From positions 56,591,429 through 56,655,428 of the forward strand of contig NC_068988.1 in the NCBI RefSeq assembly GCF_001194135.2: a stretch of DNA of 64,000 nt, read 5' to 3'. Both the position numbers and the translations under genes were made by a program. The stretch comes from Octopus bimaculoides (Eukaryota). Under the pieces are notes generated by a model. The model was not told the origin of the DNA and made no database searches. It saw only the letters and a list, made by a program, of their open reading frames with translations. Shown in pieces: positions 1-17,995 of the stretch (positions are counted from its first letter, which is position 1; the number at the start of each line of letters is the position of its first letter).

Positions 1-216
1 GAATATCACCTGACTTGGAAACAGCTGAGGGTTGGCAACTGGAAGAGCATCTGGCCTTAGAATTTCATCTGACCCATTCAAGTACAGGGAAGTGGATGGT
101 AAAACAATGATGATGATGATGATATATTCTTCTTAACAATGTTATTGTAAATGTTTCTAATTTTGAAATGCATATCATATAACTATGTCTAACCTTTGTC
201 TCCCTCATCGTCCTAG

Positions 217-384
<168 letters not shown>

Positions 385-774
385 TAGCAAAGAGCTTTAT
401 TATCCCTCTGGTACTAACCACCTACTATTGATAATGATGGCTGCTGCTGTTGTTGTTGTGTGGTGATGGTGGCAGCAGCAATAACTTGTTCTGCCTGTTT
501 CTAACAGTCTATTTACATTTGTGCAATGCATTGGTTGCTAGCTACACATTTTCATCTTATATTTTCCCTTCTTTCTGATACTCTCTCTTTCTCTCCTTCC
601 TCCTTTTCCCTCTCTCTCTCTCACCTCTCCTCACCACTCTTCTCTTTTCTTTCTCCCCTTTTATCCCCTTTTACCTCTCTCATCTCCCCACCTCTCATTA
701 CAATCATTATTCTCTGTCTTTTTCTCCTCTCTTCAACATTTGCCTCTTCACTTTTCCATCACATATTGGAAGAA

Positions 775-1035
775 AATGTGTGTGTATATATATATATATG
801 TATATATATGTGTGTGTGTATATATATGTATATATATATGTGTGTGTGTGTGTATATATATGTATATATGTATGTGTGTGTGTGTGTGTATATATGTATG
901 TATATATGTGTGTGTGTGTATATATATGTATGTATATATGTGTGGGTGTGTATATATATGTATATATTTATATGTGTGTGTGTGTATATATGTATGTGTG
1001 TGTGTATATGTGTGTATATATATGTATGCATATAT
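775..1035. repeat. Compound (TA)n/(TG)n microsatellite
   Basis: Seen directly; explains the CVYI-type ORFs. Confidence 0.95.
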
Positions 1036-1499
1036 GGGTACAGGACGTCACCAACTGTAAACCAGATGAAATACACAAATGAGTTAAATATGCAAACAAT
1101 GAGAGAGAAAAATGGAAATCAGGACAAGTTAACACAGAGAACAACCCTTCATCAGTTGTCGGCTGTCTACTCCTCATTTCGAGCATTCAATGACGATATG
1201 AGTCTTCAAAAACAGTTGCTCCCATAAATTCCAAAATAAAATTTAGGATTTATGGAGGGTCAAAGTTGGGAACAAAAACAGAACAGTGGAGACATACAGG
1301 GAAACCAAATGAAAACAAATATGGGGGTTCCTTAGAGCAGAATGAGAGGAAAATAGTGAATGCTGGGAGAAATATTTTCTTTGCATAGAGAAAAGATAGA
1401 AGTGTGTGTCTGTGATTGTCCCCCACCGATGCGTGACAACTGATGCTGGTGTGTTTATGTCCCTGTAACTTAGCAGTTCAGCAAAAGAGACCAACAGCA

Positions 1500-1840
1500 G
1501 CCATGTTGTGGCACCACCTTGGTGAATTTTTAGTCAAATGAATCAACCCCGAGGACTTTTTTTTTAAGCCTGGTACTTATTCTATAGGTTTCTTTTGCCA
1601 AATTGCTACGTTACAGGGACATAAACAAACCAACACTGGTTGTCAAGTGATGGTGGGGATCACACACATATATGCCTGGCTTCATACAGTTTCCATCTAC
1701 CAAATCCACTCACAAGGCTTTGGTCAGCCCGAGGCTATAGTAGAAGACACTTGCCCAAGGTGCCACCCAGTGGGACTGAACCCAGGACCGTGTGGTTAGA
1801 AAGCAAATTTCTTACCACACAGCCATGCCTGCACTTATAG
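1500..1840 (-). mobile_element. tRNA-derived SINE, family A (degraded copy)
   Basis: Matches the better-preserved copies at 41565-42006 and 61692-62127. Confidence 0.8.
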
Positions 1841-1959
1841 GCATATCTACTAAATTACAAGGATCAGCATTGAATGACATTATTTTGCTTCTCAAAAATA
1901 AATCTTTCAAAAGTTAATGGTGTCTATTTACTTTTGAGACGTCTGTGTACATGTAATGA

Positions 1960-2256
<297 letters not shown>

Positions 2257-2513
2257 TGACCGTAGTTTTTGACACTGGAGACAAACACACACACACACAC
2301 ACATGTTCAGAAATATACACATACAGATAGAGTGAGAGAGAGAGAGAGATATTACAGTTTTATGAATTGGATATGATTTACATAAACTCTTTTCTCTTTC
2401 CTCATATGCATAAAAATTAAAAAAATGCTTATACACATAAACAGAGAGAAAGACAAAGACCAAACGAGAGGGATGGAGAGAGGTGGGGTTTCTCTTATTT
2501 CTTTTATGCATGT

Positions 2514-2812
2514 GTAAAAGGGTAAAGACCTTCTTCGGTATTGAATGACCATGGAATTGCTCCAAAGAAGTCTCCCTCTGTAGCACAAGTCTGGGCAAGG
2601 TTATTTGTGGAAGACCAGCAATCACCCATGCATACCAGCCTCCCCTCTCCACACCATTATATGTACATAGGGTAATGGGTAAAGACCCCCTTCTGTCATG
2701 AATGACCATAGGATTGCACCTAGAAAGTCCCCATCGCAAGCACAAGTCTGTACAAGGTTGTTTGTGGAAGACCAGCTGTCGCCCATGCATACTGACCTCT
2801 CCTCTCCACACC
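2514..2812. repeat. Two tandem copies of a ~140-bp repeat unit
   Basis: gggtaaagacc...gaatgaccat...gcacaagtctg...gtggaagaccagc...cccatgcata...ctctccacacc occurs at ~2514-2654 and ~2672-2812. Confidence 0.75.
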
Positions 2813-3643
2813 ACTGATGGGCAAAGGCCGATACAGCTTGGCACCAGTGATGGCGCAACTTATTATTGATTGAACATGATTGACATGAACACATTTCCTT
2901 TCCTCATACATATACAGGGAAATATGCTCACACACACATAAACCATGTGAGGGAGAGGGATTAAGATGTCTAATGTCAAATAAGTCATTATTGAATCAAT
3001 GATACCAGATAGGCAGTGCTAAAACAACTGTGTGAAAATGTCTGATACCTGTAAATATAGGAGATCAAGTGTGACAAATAGTTAGTCATTAGATCATTGA
3101 ATAGAATGACCTGCAGTATTTGTTCTGAGTTCAAATCTTTGAGGTCCAATGAAATAAAGTATCAATCCAGGGTGTTGGCTTAAGGAAACTGTGCATTAGA
3201 TTGGGATACCTTGTGGTAATTGTTCCGCTCTCTGCAACAACACTGAAGCCAAGCTATATTAGCCCTTGAGTCCGTGACTTAACTTTCTCTTGGGCAATAT
3301 CTGGGGCATGAAGAGGGATAAACTTAGCATGCATGGGCAGCTGCTAGTCTTGCACAAAATAAACCTGCACACTGCAGATGTCAATCCTTGTTGCAGTGTG
3401 GGGTGGTTTGTGTGCCTCAGTGACCCTGAAAGCAAATACTGGCGGGACACAAATTCCAAGTAGGATGTCCCTTATTGGACTGGTCAAATAATAGGAGGCC
3501 AGACTAATGTGGACCACTTCTTCCCAGAGGTGAAAATGGGTTTGCCTAAGGCCAACACTCCTATTTAAATAGAATAAAGTGAAGTTACAGAAGCATTGAT
3601 GTCCATTTAAAGCAAACAGGACCTGCCCGATCCACACTCTCTC

Positions 3644-3682
<39 letters not shown>

Positions 3683-3786
3683 TTCTCTCTCTCTCTCTTC
3701 CTCTTTCTCTTTCTCTCCCTCTCTGTGTTTCTCTCTTTCTCCCTCCCTCCTCTCTCTCTGTTGCTAAAAGTGTAGGTTTCCTTTAA

Positions 3787-4510
<724 letters not shown>

Positions 4511-5494
4511 CCCTAGATTTTGTTTTTACTTTGTCAAAATATTAGATATTTTTTCTTCTCACTCATCTGGGTTTATTCCAATTCATCGTCATCAGCGTTT
4601 AACATCCAATATATGAGAACCTCTCGTTATGTTTCAAGCATCATTTTGATAATGACAAAATAATTTTCATAATCTCTCCCCTCAGTTTTCTTGATTATTT
4701 TCAAACTTTACTGTAACAGATGGCGACTGTATTTCATTAGACTTATGGCAACCATCCATTTATCCATCTTTGTTGCTTACTAATCAATGGGGTGAGTTGT
4801 AGCAGGTAGAATCCTCATGCTCCTCCTCCATCAGGTCCTGTCAGAAAAAAAAAAACTGTTATTAAACCTTCCAGCTAGATTTCCCAAGCATAACCAACTG
4901 AGCTTGTGGATGTTATCCAACCATCTTGACATGGAGAGACTCTCTGATCTCTCAGCTATGGCCTCTGTCAAGTGATGGGAGGCAAGAAACTGAATTAGGT
5001 GCAAGAAATGCAGGTAATGCACCATCTTCAGTATACAATCATCATCAGAGGAGAGGTTGCTATCTTCAGTTCAGTTTCTGTGCCTGTCCTCACCTATGAT
5101 CATCAATGTTGAATAATGACCAAAAGTGCAAAATTATGGTAAGAACAGGGTTTATATATTAAATATGTAAGACAGCAAGTTGGCAGAATCATTAGCCTTC
5201 CGAGCAAGATGCTTAGCGGCATTTTGTCCATCTTTACATTCTGAGTTCATATTCTGCCGAGATCAGCTTTGCCTTTCATCCTTTTTGGGTCGTTATAAGG
5301 AGTATCAGTGGAGCACTGGGGGTCAGTGACATCAGCTTACCCCCCAACCACTACCAAATTGCTAGCCTTTTGACATAATTTGAAACCAATATATTAGATA
5401 TGTGAAGCCCATCCTTTCATCATAAGTGTACTCAAGGTTGAAGTGTGGAGCTAAACAGTAACAACAACAGTTGAAGTTAAAATGATTATTAAGA

Positions 5495-5633
5495 TCAGTT
5501 GCAGGTGTAGGCATGGTTGTGTGGTAAGAAGTTTGCTTCCCAACTGTGTATTTTTAGGTTCAGTCCCACCGTATGGTACAGCACTTTGGGCAAGTATCTT
5601 CTACTATAACCTTGGGTTGACCAAAGAGAAGCC

Positions 5634-5665
<32 letters not shown>

Positions 5666-5710
5666 GCATTTGTGTTAGTGTCTCTTTGTCTTGACATTGC
5701 ATGATAGTTG
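5495..5710 (+). mobile_element. SINE family A copy (5' part, sense)
   Basis: ggttgtgtggtaag (A-box-like), ggttcagtccc (B-box-like), ttgggcaagt core. Confidence 0.75.
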
Positions 5711-6232
5711 TAAATTAATCCTTTAGCATTTAAACCAGCCATATCCACCTCAAAGTTTTCTACCAGTTTTATGTTCAAACTGGACAGATCTGATCTCTCA
5801 AAGTTACAAGATAATGCATAATTGATTCAAATCAATGAGACTATATACGTATTACATTTAACAGAATAATCTGAATACTAAAGTGTTATTGCTACCATCA
5901 TGCCAATGTTATTCTTCATTTCCCACTCTTTCATGAAAACATGTCTGGTATTATTTTACTTTGTAATAGTTGAGGGTTGCCAACAGGAAAGGTATCTGAC
6001 TTATAGAAAATCCAACTCATACAAGCCCGGAAGATGTGAGGATAAAACAATGAGGATGATGACGATGTTCACTTTAGTGTGCATCCATTTTTCCATCTTC
6101 AGTGGGTTTGGATTAAGATTGGTTTGAAGCAGGATTTTATTGTCAGTTGCTCTGCCTGTTACCAACTTTCTTCTGCTTTTTCAGTTAGAGCTATCTTTAT
6201 TGCACATCTTCAGAATTTCTGTTTTATTCCAG

Positions 6233-6398
6233 GATTATATTGGTGACCTGATTGAAGCAATGATGCAAAAAAGTCATGAAGAATTTGCTTTGGAGTGTTT
6301 AGGAGTGCTGGGCAACTTAACTATTTTAGAATTGAATTATGAAATGATTATCAAAGAGTACAATCTCATAGCTTGGATAAAAAGCAAACTTCAACCAG
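6233..6398 (+). CDS. KIFAP3: KAP3 internal exon (DYIGDLIEAMMQKSHEEFALECLGVLGNLT...KLQP), phase 0 to 1
   Basis: ttccag acceptor and gtactg donor; EEFxxECLGxLxNLT motif. Confidence 0.95.
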
Positions 6399-7457
6399 GT
6401 ACTGAACAAGCTTTTTTTCTTTTTATATAGTTTTCTTTTTATATAGTTTTCTTTTTTATTATTCCTTTATTCTTTTACTGGTTTCAGCCAGAGGCTGGGG
6501 CCTTGCTGGAGCATCACCTATTAGTGTATATATCTTTTAATTTTTCTTTTTTTTTTTTAATGGTAGTCTCTCAAATTCAAGAAAGATGGTACCCAACTTT
6601 CTTGCTGAACAACTTACACAGTTGACTTGTTTATGTTGGTCAAATATTTGTACTGTACACAAACTTGCTTCCTCCATTCAAATTGACATTGCCTGTCACT
6701 GTTTGTCACTGACATTGCCTGCATAGTGTGTCACACACCAGACATCAAAGTGGTAGTGTGTGTGTTAAACGATGATGGTATATAATAGATCAGGATTCAA
6801 GTGAATCAGACACTTAAATGGTAAAGCACCAGGTCAAGTGGAAAAATAAAATGTGTACACAACAAAAATAGAGGAATACATTTGCAGGTACTGAAGTACA
6901 GGTAGAAAGATATTCAGGTTATGTATATGATTAACTGCACCTGACTGAGTATATCAATAGCACTGAGGCTAATCAAGAAACGCACATTGTAGAGTATGGA
7001 ATACCATTCATAAACAAATAAGTTCTAACTAGCAAAAGACTATGACAGTATTATATCTATCATTTACATAGGCTCACTTTTGGGTGAGAGGAAACTCTGT
7101 GGAAGTCTGTTGCTCAATATATTTCATCTCTTTCAATCAAAGAGTAACTTAGCCTTTCAGTAATTAGAGACTGGTAAAATAATTACCACTGAAATAAGTA
7201 CTGAGAGTCAATAATATCATCACCATCATCATTATCATCATTTTATGTCTGTGTTTCCATGCTGTCATTGGATGAAACCTGTGCTAGCATGGAATATATG
7301 CTCACCGACTATTACAGACAGTGCTCCAGCATGGCCACAGTTCAGTCACCAAAACTAAAGACAAAAACCTTGAGTGTTTCTGTAGATTTATTCTTTTAGT
7401 TTGTTCTTAATTATGATCTGTGATTCCAGTGTAAGTTTTGTTAATTGAAAATTATGA

Positions 7458-7901
<444 letters not shown>

Positions 7902-7904
7902 TAA

Positions 7905-8132
7905 AAGACACCATTTCGAGCGTGGCCGTCGCCAGTACCGCCTGACTGGCCCTCGTGCCGGTGGCACGTAAAACACCCACTACACTCTCGGAGTGGTTGG
8001 CGTTAGGAAGGGCATCCAGCTGTAGAATCTCTGCCAAATCAGATTGGAGCCTGGTGCCGCCTCTGGGTCCACCAGTCCTCAGTCAAATCGTCCAACCCAT
8101 GCTAGCATGGAAAGCAGACGTTAAACGACGAC
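7905..8132 (+). mobile_element. Family B retroposon 3' end with (GAC/GAT)n tail
   Basis: ...aaccc.tgctagcatggaaagc.gacgttaaacgacgac terminus shared with 60900-61261. Confidence 0.8.
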
Positions 8133-9300
8133 GTATATATATATATAATTAAAAAGGAATGTAATAATACATTGCAAAGGATATATCATAAATAATTAAT
8201 ATTTATTTATGAATATCAATGGCCAAACATGCAATAATAGGTTGCATAAAAGAACGGTGTTTATAATTATGAATAAATTACAATTATAACAGAGAGGGTT
8301 GCAAAAACTCTTACATGTTTAGAAATAGCAGTCAAAAACCACTATAAAGGCACTATTTTCACTCATATCATATATCCTCAGAATAAAGCTATTTGCGAGC
8401 GACATGACATATAAAATCCACAATTTAAAAATAAAAAGGTTAATTCTCTATTGCAATTTCGAGGCTAGGAACCTATTATACCATATTATATACCGTATCC
8501 TAAAATAACAGAAATAAACCAGTCTTTTCTCATAAACACTGTACATGACATTGGAATTCAGAATTTGAATGTGTAGACAGACGTTGTCACATTATTCTTG
8601 CCGGTCGGGATTCTTATAAACCCCAAGGTAAGATTTTGTATCAGTTTGTATCTATAGGAATATTCTCCTGACGAGAGGAATGGAAACATTGTCTTGTTTC
8701 TAACCTCAAAATTGTGATAGAGGATTAACCTTATGTTTTTAGATTTTGGATTTTATATGTCAAATTGCTTGCAGGCAGCTTTATCCTGAGGAGATATAAT
8801 AGTCACACTTAGTGATGATTAAATTTTTCCTTTATATCTATGAATTAAGAAAAGTTCTGGAGTATAGTGAAAGCATTGGAAGAGGCCAGGATAGCACATG
8901 CTAGACTCAGGAGAGATTTAAAGAATGTTGCAGTCAAGAAGGTGAATCTCAGTGATTTTTTTGCGTGCACAATTTGTCACAGATCATGCCTTTCTTTTGC
9001 TGGGCTCAAATCTCATTTGCAGACCCATGAACCTTAACCAAACTATTTTGCTTATATATCTGTGCACTCCTTTCAATGCCATGTATGCCATAAGATCTGC
9101 AAATCTAATGGAGGCCTCAAAGACATTTTAAGATCCACAAAGATCAGAACTTAACTGCAGCTCATGGTGGTTCAAACCTGATATGCAATCTATGTATTTT
9201 CAGTACATTGTCTGATTTAAAAAGCCACATCAGATGCCATGATGGATCTAAGATATAGGTACAAGAGGTGGTCAGACTCTGCATAGGGAGTAGACAACCA

Positions 9301-9341
<41 letters not shown>

Positions 9342-9563
9342 ATGGACTCTCCATAGGTGACAAATAAGGGTTCCACTTGCTGAACAACCTGCACAGATGC
9401 TTTGATTATATTATTTATTTCAATGATTGTGCTGTACATTGGCTCACTCATGTCAACTTTGTATACCTTTCTACAGCTACAAATTTTTCTGTAACTTCTT
9501 TCTCTATTGATAAGACTCAAACTTTGCTCTTCTAACAACCTGATTTATATATTCCAACTCTGA

Positions 9564-12024
<2,461 letters not shown>

Positions 12025-12514
12025 TGATTATTTTTAACCTTCTGAACTGTGGTAATTAACTTTTTTGTGATTATATTTCTGATAAGGACACTGTCTGTGT
12101 GTTTCATTTATTTTTTCCCATATAATCAGGATTTTTGGAGAGGCTTAGTAAAATACCTGTTATTTTATATCATCATCATTTTATGCATGGATCAGATGAG
12201 TCATTTCAATCTTATTTGGAGTTACTGTCCACCTAGATGGGTTGGAGGATCACATCTCACTCACATATTTCATCTGAAGCCTGGTGTCTGTGTCTTGTTG
12301 TCCTTCCTATCACAAATCACTTTACAGAATGGCTTGGATGTATTTTAATCATTGCACCAGCACTAGAGAGGGTGAAAGAGATTTCAAGTCCTTGACAAGA
12401 TAAGATTAAGGACTCTCTTGACTCTCTGCTCAAATGTTAACCACTTGGAAGAATGTACCGGATGCATTTACCATTACACACATAGGCTCTAGGGACTTAC
12501 GCAAAAAAATGATA

Positions 12515-12566
<52 letters not shown>

Positions 12567-13584
12567 ATCATCATTTAATGTCCGTCTTCCATGCTGGTAT
12601 GAGTTGGACAGTTTGACATGAGCCAACCAGGTAGAAGACTACCCCAGGCTACTGTGTCTGTTTTGACGTGGTTTTTATGGCTGGATGCCCTTCCTAACAC
12701 CAACCACTCCATAGTGGACTGACTGCTTAATAACCCAAGTAATAATAAGACAAAGAAATTCTTTAACACATCTTTAATGATTCGTTACAATTGTTTCTGT
12801 TCCAACTCGACTTGCAACATCAGTTTACACAAAAATTCAAAGTGAAAATTTACGTTATGTTTGTGGTTTTAGGCACACACACACACACACACATATACAC
12901 ACTCAGCCGACTTCTTTCAGTTTCTGTCTCCTAGATCCACTCAAGGCTTTGGTCAGCTTGGAGGTATAGTAAAAGACACTTGCCCAAGTTGCTATGCAGT
13001 GGAACTGAACCCCACCTCATCCTATTATTTCTATTTCCTTGTCCAAAACAGCCTAACAAGGTTAAAGAAAACACTTGTTCCCCACTTACAGACTATTAAA
13101 TAAAATACAGGAAATTATGTGGTAGAAATGTTAGCACATCTGACAAAATGCCTTGTGGTGTTTGTTTTAGCTCTATACATTGTGGTTACAAATCCAGCCA
13201 TGAACAACTTTGCCTTTCAAGTTTCTGGATCCAATAAAATAAAATACCAGCCAAATATTGTGATTTAATCAACTGATTTCTTCATTATCATCATAATCAT
13301 CATTTTAACGTCCACTTTTCCATGTTTGCATGGGTTAGACAACATTTACTGAGGCAGATTTTCTGTGGCCAGATGTCCTTCCAGTCACCAATCTTTACAT
13401 GTTCCCTAGCAATTTTTTATTTTCTCATGGCCAGAAATGTTTATGCAGAATACTGAAAATGAGCAACACTGCTTGTATGACAGTGACACTCATTTACAAC
13501 TATGACATGATGTCAAGACAAGGTCTCATTCAAGTGTTGTGCCTATGTTGGAATCAATATTGTTGTTGTTATAATTTTGCATAG

Positions 13585-13968
<384 letters not shown>

Positions 13969-14099
13969 TGATTTGAAGCAGTTTGATTTTCCTAGGTTTT
14001 TCTAGGAAAATTTATTTTTAAAAAAATGTTTGCTTGAAAAAGATTCTTGAATCTTTTTTCTTTTTTTGGTTTTATTTTTGTTAAATTTTTTTTCACCTT

Positions 14100-14450
14100 T
14101 GACTTGTTTGTCATTAGACTGCAGCCATATTGAGGCACCACCTTGAATTTTTAGTTTAATGAATTGACCCCATTGCTTTTTTTTTTTTGTAAAGTCTGGT
14201 ACTTATTCTATGTGTCTCTTTCACTGAACTGCTAAGTTATGCAGACATAAATAGATCAACACTGGTTCTCAAATGGTTGTAGGAAGCAAACACACACACA
14301 CATGTACAACAGGCTTCTTTCAATTTCCTTCTACCAAATCCACTCACAAGGCTTTGGTCAGCCTGAGACTTGCCCAAGGTGCCACGCAGTGGGACTGAGC
14401 CCATGTGGTTAGGAAGCAAGTTTCTTACCACACAGCCGCACCTACACCCA
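14100..14450 (-). mobile_element. SINE family A copy
   Basis: Family signature motifs. Confidence 0.75.
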
Positions 14451-15290
14451 TTTGTGTTTTTTTTTTCTAATTATGAACTTTTGAGGATCCACTTGTCCTT
14501 TACATTTTAACTACTTTCTTAAGCCTCTTATATCTGTTCTAAACATCAAAATCATTGTTTGATATGTGACAATATTTTGCATTATTCTCTCAAGATTCAA
14601 TGCATTTTTACTTTGTATCATACTTGTATTTATGTATACTTTCTTTTCAATTTTCTCTCCTCTCTCTCTCTTTCCCTGTGAAAATTTTGCTGACGGCAAC
14701 CTTCTTTGCCAGATCTGCCTCAATTCTCAGACAGTAACTCTCCTTTGCCATTAATACTATAGCAAACTCTGATTGGGCAACACAACAGGTGTTTTATGCA
14801 AACATCTAGATGACCACAAACTGTTTCAAAATACAGGCTGGTAAGAAACTGCACTGGCATAACATGTACACCAATTGTTTAACAACTGTATTCTGTTTCT
14901 GTAACACAATCCCTAAATATAAACAGCAACGCACTTCTACCTTTCTTACCTGCCATACTATGTGGATGCTCAGTGCACAGAATCCTGATGGAGTGTTTTT
15001 TTCTTTTGTCTTTTTAATGGTCTATTCTACAGGAAAGGGCTAGATCTAAGCATTGGTAAGTCTGGGGGAGATCAAAATAATTCATCTTCTTGTTAAACAG
15101 CCTTCAATTTGATTGCCTGGTGAGTGGGAATTTCAGTAGAATGACATTCTGTGGGGGAAGGACCAGATCATTGTTTCCCAACCTATTTCTGCCTAGGCGT
15201 CATGAAAACTTTCTAGAAAAATGCATGCCTCACTAGTGCTTGGAAAGAAACAACTTCATTTTTGATATTTCATAATTATATACTTTCCTT

Positions 15291-15673
15291 GTGGAGGCGC
15301 AATGGCCCAGTTAGGGCAGCGGACTCAGTCATAGGATCGCGGTTTCGATTCCCAGACCAGGCATTGTGAGTGTTTATTGAGTGAAAACACCTAAAGCTCC
15401 ACGAGGCTCCGGCAGGGGATGGTAGCGAACCATGCTGTACTCTTTCACCACAACTTTCTCTTACTCTTACTTCCTGTTTCTGTTGTACCTGTATTTCAAA
15501 GGGTCAGCCTTGTCACACTGTGTCACGCTGAATATCCCCGAGAACTACGTTAAGGGTACACGTGTCTGTGGAGTGCTCAGTCACTTGCGCATTAATTTCG
15601 CGAGCAGGCTGTTCCATTGATTGGATCAACTGGAACCCTCAACATTGTAAGCAACGGAATGCCAACAACAACA
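15291..15673 (+). mobile_element. tRNA-headed SINE, family D, full length with 11-bp TSD
   Basis: A-box and B-box-like head, (CAA)n tail; atactttcctt at 15280-15290 and 15674-15684; near-identical copy at 35016. Confidence 0.9.
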
Positions 15674-16089
15674 ATACTTTCCTTAAAGAAATAACCACAC
15701 TAGGACATTAGAATAGTGTTATACTGTAGCAAACTGTCTTCACACTTATGCTTGGATGATTTGGTTGGGCTGAGTGAGTGTAGATGTTATATGTTTGCTG
15801 TGAAAAAACGATTTTCTCAATTCCATATTCATCATCATCATTTAACGTTTGTTTTTCATGCTGGCATGGGTTGGACAGTTTGACAGGAGCTGGTCAAATT
15901 CCAATTGTCTGTTTTGGCATGGTTTCTACAGTTGAATGCCCTTCCTAATGCCAACCACTTTACTGAGTGTGCTGGGTGCTTTTAACATTCCACCAACATG
16001 GGTGCATTAACACAGCACCGGCACAAGTGCATTTTATGTGGCACCAGTACCTGTAAAGGACAAGCCTGTATGTATGGATGGCTAGAAAA

Positions 16090-16340
16090 AAAAGAAAAAT
16101 TTGGGATTCCATGCCTCAGGTCCTGCCAGTGGAGCATATGCACCACATTGAGAATCATAGGACTGGATGAAGCATTTAGTGTAAAGTATGGAAGTCAGGG
16201 TACACAATACAAGTTATGAAAAGAGGATAGATGGATGACTGCATCATGAACCTGGGAATCACAAGTGATGATGGCATAAGACAAGCTTGATCCAAGGAAC
16301 AGAGCCACTGGAACATGTTGGTCAACCACCTCCCATATCA
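16090..16340 (+). mobile_element. Possible decayed LINE (RTE-like) 3' end
   Basis: Broken translation (DRWM.CIMNLGITSDDGIRQA...HWNMLVNHLP) resembles RTE ORF C-termini. Confidence 0.35.
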
Positions 16341-17599
16341 TTCTGTGGGATATACTTTTATCTTGGTGTGGACCTATGTGCAATAACAACAGTGTGGGAG
16401 TAATATTATATTGTGGATCTTGTTTGGGCATTGTAAAGAGTTGGCTGTCATTGTAGACTAGTATATTTTCTGCTTCTTAAGAGGAAACCCAGTGTTTGTG
16501 ATGTTGTTTCAGCTATGAGGCCCAGTACAGTTTATATTTAACCAAGCAAGTGTAATTAGTAATTGATCTTTTCTCTATGCATGTCAATTATTATTGATTG
16601 CTGTGTCCTACTTTATGTATTACACAAGTGTTCATCAACTTATTTGTCATTAATCTCAGCATTATTATTCAGCAATATAAACAATTGCTTATCTCCTGTA
16701 ATCACTCACAGCCTTGATTTTAAAAAAAGCAATTTGAACTTTGTAAATAATAAACACTCATTTCATAGCTGCTACATTTCTATGTTCTAAACCAGTAGTT
16801 TTCTGGATAAAGTCTGGTCTTCAAGATGTAGTCTGATCCTTTGCATGAAAAATTGTACGTCCAGCAGTAGGAAGGACCTCCAGCCATAGAAACCATGCCA
16901 AAGCAGATGTTGGAGTATGATGCAATCCTTGGGCCCGTCAGATTGTGTTAAACTGTCTAGCCCATACCAGCAAAGAACATGGATGTTAGATGATGATGAT
17001 AATGATTTTTTTTTTTTTTGTTAATTACATAGTAATGTTCTTAAATGGTCACAAAAATATCTATAAAAATAAGTTTATATTTCTTACTTTATTACCGATA
17101 ATTACATTTTCTTAGTAAATATAATTACATTTTTCTGACTATTTAATCCACATCATCAAGTTTAGTCCAGTAGGACCACTCGAGCTCTTGAGTTGACATG
17201 CCAGCATGTCTCAGTCAAGCAACCGTTTTTGTTTTTAAAGTCTTTTAGTCAGGCAATACAGTACCTTGACCCTTTTAATCCTTTAGCATTTAAATCAGCT
17301 ATATCTGGCTTAAATATTCTACCTGTTTTATGTTCAAACCTGCTGGATCCAGCTTCTCACACCTACTCTACATTGTCATTCTAAAAGTAAACAAAAACAT
17401 TGCAATCTTGAGGGTCCAAGATGATGTATGACTAATTCAAAACAATATGAATGAATAAGGATTTCATTTGACAGAGTAATCTGAATGCTAAAGAGTCAAG
17501 GTATCCTCTAACCAAAGGCTTGACCCAAATATTTGCATCATCATGGATTCCTCTGCTAAAAGCACCTAAGGATTAAGTCTACCACCCAAGAGACAGTGT

Positions 17600-17995
17600 T
17601 CTTCCTTAGTACATCTGCATATATGTTATCCTCCAAGCACCACATGTGGCTTTAACATATATGGGCACTGAGAGGACAAATCTTGAAAGATGGGGGTCAA
17701 GATGATGCCACATTGTGGCCAACAAGCCTCAGTACTCTTTGTCAAATCTCTGTGATCTCCCAGTACTGAGATCAACAGTGTTCAACGTTTTCCATCTACG
17801 GGACGTCCTGGGCTACACAGAACATCCTCATGTATCATCTGTCCAACAGTTTCTCTTGGGCATTGGTTAGGGTCCATGTTTCTTCGCCCACACAAAAGGA
17901 TGGATTCAACAGTAGAGACAAAAATGTTGCACTTGCTTTTCCTGCAGAGCCCAGACTTCTACAGTTCAACTACAATTTGCCTTAATGAGGCCTAA
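17600..17995 (-). mobile_element. Decayed RTE-clade LINE, ORF C-terminal remnant
   Basis: Frameshifted translation KCNIFVSTVESILL.G.ETWTLTNAQEKLLD...MRM...RVLRLVGH matches the RTE post-RT motif. Confidence 0.7.

Noticed and set aside
526-1227. 233-aa ORF and the overlapping CVYI/HTH ORFs
   Set aside because: Translation of CT-rich and (TA)/(TG) microsatellites inside a KAP3 intron.
3260-3640. Minus ORF with a TRID motif, perhaps a LINE endonuclease remnant
   Set aside because: Too degenerate to support from a single short motif.
15291-15370. tRNA-like sequence (also at 35016 and 40527)
   Set aside because: SINE heads: they continue into a shared body and tail, some with TSDs, and there is no complete cloverleaf or Pol III terminator.
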